A DNA stretch of 62,692 nucleotides, the filler included, from Rhabdomonas costata (taxonomy: Eukaryota), in NCBI GenBank assembly GCA_019059605.1. It is 44 parts of 44 records of this genome, joined end to end, with 100 filler letters (N's around TTAATTAATTAA, not from the genome) between each part and the next. Parts side by side here need not be neighbours in the genome. Positions count along the whole stretch, not along the records: positions 59,938 to 61,264 come from JAHMHO010019282.1; positions 61,365 to 62,692 come from JAHMHO010019283.1; 42 more parts are not named here. One strand, written 5' to 3'. The notes below the pieces were generated by a model, which made no database searches, was not told where the DNA came from, and saw only the letters and a program-made list of their open reading frames with translations. Position numbers and translations under genes: made by a program. Positions within the stretch are counted from its first letter, which is position 1; each line of letters begins with the position of its first letter. Below, one piece after another: positions 59,838 through 62,692 of this stretch.

Positions 59838-59937
59838 NNNNNNNNNNNNNNNNNNNNNNNNNNNNNNNNNNNNNNNNNNNNTTAATTAATTAANNNNNNN
59901 NNNNNNNNNNNNNNNNNNNNNNNNNNNNNNNNNNNNN

Positions 59938-60761
59938 GATGGGGCAGACGGTGGAGGATGACATCAGCCAGAGCGCCTCGGAGCAGGCGGAGAGGGCGAA
60001 GGACAGGGCCCAGGACCAGGACCAGGACCTCGGCCCCGAGGTCAAGGAAGGAACGCAGTCAACCGGCAGGGAACACGCTCCTCCGCTCAGTATGTAGGAT
60101 TACCAGAAGGTTCGCAGTAATGCCTGCCTTCCAGAAGAAGAGCGGGAAAATAAAGAGAGATGGAGGTGGTGCTTTTTTTACCCGTTGGGTTGAGGCAGGG
60201 AGAAGGTTGTTTTCAGATGTCTTCGAAGGCTGTGATTGTGAAGGCTGATTATGGTTGTGGTGCTCCATTATGGAGAAACAGCCCTGGTTTTGGAGGGCGA
60301 GCCTATTCGCCTCTTCCTTTCGTCGGAATTGGTTGGATGTATTGACCTTTTTATTTGATCGTTACTTACACTTACTCTCTGCGCTGAAATTTAAGAATAC
60401 TGCGTGTCCCGACAGGGTCACTCTTATGGTTCGGGATGACCGTGCGTCGTCTCTTTCTGAACCAAGTTTCGAGTTTTCCAAGTAAAGAAATGGGATTGGG
60501 AGGACGTTCAACGTTTACATTGCCAACATTTAGCAAGAGCAAAAGAAATCTGTTTTTGATGGACAACTGTGGTTATTACTGGCGGGCTCTGTGGGGAGGA
60601 TTGGGGGTGGGTTTCGGGAACAAGTGAGGCAGCTTCAGTTTAGATGCGGAAGTTGGTTGCCGCGAAACACACATGCCTGTCGCGAGATGGCCAGGGCGGT
60701 CGAGGAGGCCTGGGATACGGTCATGGAGCGTGTAGCCATGTGGAAGTATAAAAGTATGGAA
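59938..60761 (+). CDS. Unknown protein, 2 exons
   Basis: Exons 59938-60089 and 60625-60761 join in phase 1 (GTATGT..AAG). No family recognised. Confidence 0.4.
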
Positions 60762-61386
60762 GTAAGCCAGCAACTCCTTGAAGGAATATTTTTCGAAATT
60801 GATGCGAGGTAATCAACTCTCAGACCATCAGCTGCATCTAAAGTCAAACAGCCCCCTTCAAAATACAGCAGCCTCAAAAGAAACGGCATTTGATGTTGGA
60901 GCTTTCGTATCCATCAGTTCACCCAGCTCAACTGCCGACGCACACACCGCATGCAATTTGCTGTCTTTCTAGATTTCGTAAACCGGAATGAAGACTGGCC
61001 TAATCCCCTACCTATTCAGCACATACTCCCCACTTTCATCCCGATATTTTAATTGTGTCTTTCTCTCTTTGTGCTCGTTGTGCGAGACCGGTTTGACTCT
61101 TTTTGTGATGCCGAATTCACTCTCTGTCATCGCCGTCTTCTGCATTTCCGCTGTTGTGACTCTGCTGGCCTCAAGTTTGATTGCGTGGAAGATTGAGTCC
61201 TATCGGCAGGAAAACGCTGACTTGACCTCGTCGCTAGCGCACCAAAACAACCTTCTGTTCATCTNNNNNNNNNNNNNNNNNNNNNNNNNNNNNNNNNNNN
61301 NNNNNNNNTTAATTAATTAANNNNNNNNNNNNNNNNNNNNNNNNNNNNNNNNNNNNNNNNNNNNTTGTGCTCCTGGTTGGGCCCAG

Positions 61387-62464
61387 ACCAAGGTTTTGGT
61401 GGAGACTCTGCCTTGCCCGACCCTGCACCGGTGTTTCCACATTCTTTGGGTGCCTCCTCGAGCACGGCTGGTGCGGTGTGCCAGGTACATGGCCTCGGCG
61501 GACTACGGGGTGCTTCCCATATCCAGCCGCGCAGAAGTGGAGAGGTTGAGACCTCAGCTGCAAGTAGGGCTTGCTCTCGGGCTGTCCGGCCTCCTGGTCG
61601 TTCCTGTAGGGGATCTCGCTGCAGGTCTGCAGGTTTCTCGGTTTGCTGTCATTCATTGAGTCACTGTTGCAGAGCAATTGCTGCTTTTGGTTCGGTGTGT
61701 GTGTTGGCATATCACCGGCATTTTGCACACACACACACACACACACACCTCCCCTCGTTAGTCATGCATCTATTATTCAAGAAGACTCATCCCGACCATC
61801 GCCTGATCCAAAATGCGTTGGTCGCGACATCCGTAGCGTGCCATCCCCCCCCCTCCCAGGCCACAGACCGGGATGCTATCCCCTTACGCGGTTTCGGTCA
61901 CTTTCGCTTTGTAGAGACGGAGGGCGGTTTTGATGGAGACGAGTTTTGCGCGGCTCTGGGCGAGGGCTGGCGCGTGGTCAAGGTTGGGACTGTTGGGAGC
62001 TGGTTGGCGCCCGATATGCTGAGAGAGTTTCCCGCGGTACCGCTATGTAGTGAGCCACCAGCTCGGTTTGCTATTCTGCGAACGGGAATCGCTTACAGCG
62101 GAGGCGGTATTCAGGTGCGAAAGCGAGGGAAGCGTAATGAAGAAAAAGCCCGCATGAGTCCAAACAAGCGGGAAAGCACCTGTGCAGTGGAGCGTATCGC
62201 TTTTTCTAGTTTTGCGGGTTCTTTTTGTTTTTAGTGTGTGATGAGATCTTCTTTCCCAGTTCCTACGAGAGCTGCTTTTCATATGACCTATCCAAATGAC
62301 AACTTTTAAAGCTTGCATCAGCATCCCGCATGTAGCATTAAGGACAACACCTCAAATACTCTTCCATGCTGGCACACAGCTTGTGGGTCGGCTGTGGTCA
62401 GGGCAGTTGCGCGCCGGCGATCTAGTTCTTGCTGCACCCTCGACATCAGACACACCGGTCACAG
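61387..62464 (+). CDS. Divergent EF1A/HBS1/eRF3-family protein with degenerate GTPase motifs, 3 exons
   Basis: Exons ~61387-61632, 61860-62114 and 62380-62464. EPPARFAI...GGGIQ|LVGRLWSGQLRAGDLVLAAP matches EF-Tu domain II. MASADYGVL and GLALGLSGLLVV align with ASQADCAVL and AYTLGVKQLIV. Confidence 0.65.
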
Positions 62465-62692
62465 GTAGCTTCCCTTTTGTGTGCTTTCGTAAAAACAGTA
62501 CAGGAGCTTTTCACCTGATCCGCTGCATCTATGCCGTGCTTTTGCGTCCTTTGGTGGATTCATCGCTTTGCTCTGCTCGGTTGCCAGAGCTCCTTCAACC
62601 TTAGTGCTTGAACTTGATTGTTTTTGTTTTTTGGTCTGGTGATGCCTGACAAATCAAGGGAAGTGGGCAAATGGGAAGGCCAAAAAACACAC

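Noticed and set aside
1329-61364. Regularly spaced TTAATTAATTAA as a CRISPR-like or biological repeat array
   Set aside because: Always embedded in N44 runs. It is an artificial six-frame-stop linker.
1-62692. Operon or gene-cluster reading of neighbouring genes (e.g. viral contig next to the TPR or pLGIC genes)
   Set aside because: Contigs are of near-equal length and appear ordered by size, so adjacency across linkers carries no information.

Overview
This window is not one locus. It is 44 unrelated ~1.3-kb contigs joined by an artificial 100-nt linker (N44-TTAATTAATTAA-N44), so no synteny holds across linkers. G/T-only contig ends and terminal fold-back hairpins indicate whole-genome-amplified DNA. 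Most contigs are intron-rich nuclear DNA from a protist. A euglenid is a plausible but unproven inference, based on GTNYG/GCATG splice donors, one structured non-canonical intron and a Cache-type receptor. I reconstructed exons by hand and recognised fragments of: a PPi-PFK-like protein, a WRN-type pseudo-exonuclease, fucokinase, two protein kinases, a GCC2/3-repeat receptor, an SDT1-like HAD, two PPR proteins, an AP-1 gamma ear domain, CAP, Toprim, WWE, GT-A-like and IQ proteins, DNA polymerase delta, a dCache receptor, an STI1-like TPR protein, a pentameric ligand-gated channel and an EF1A-like pseudo-GTPase. Decayed DIRS-like, GIY-YIG and mariner remnants are also present. Best leads: (1) a spliced pLGIC with a true C-x13-C Cys-loop; (2) an AT-rich giant-virus-like contig encoding an F-box/nucleotidyltransferase fusion with a Mimivirus-style 3' hairpin; (3) an intron-containing bacterial/phage-type Toprim primase domain; (4) a stem-forming non-GT/AG intron. 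All family calls come from motif recognition by eye, with no database searches.
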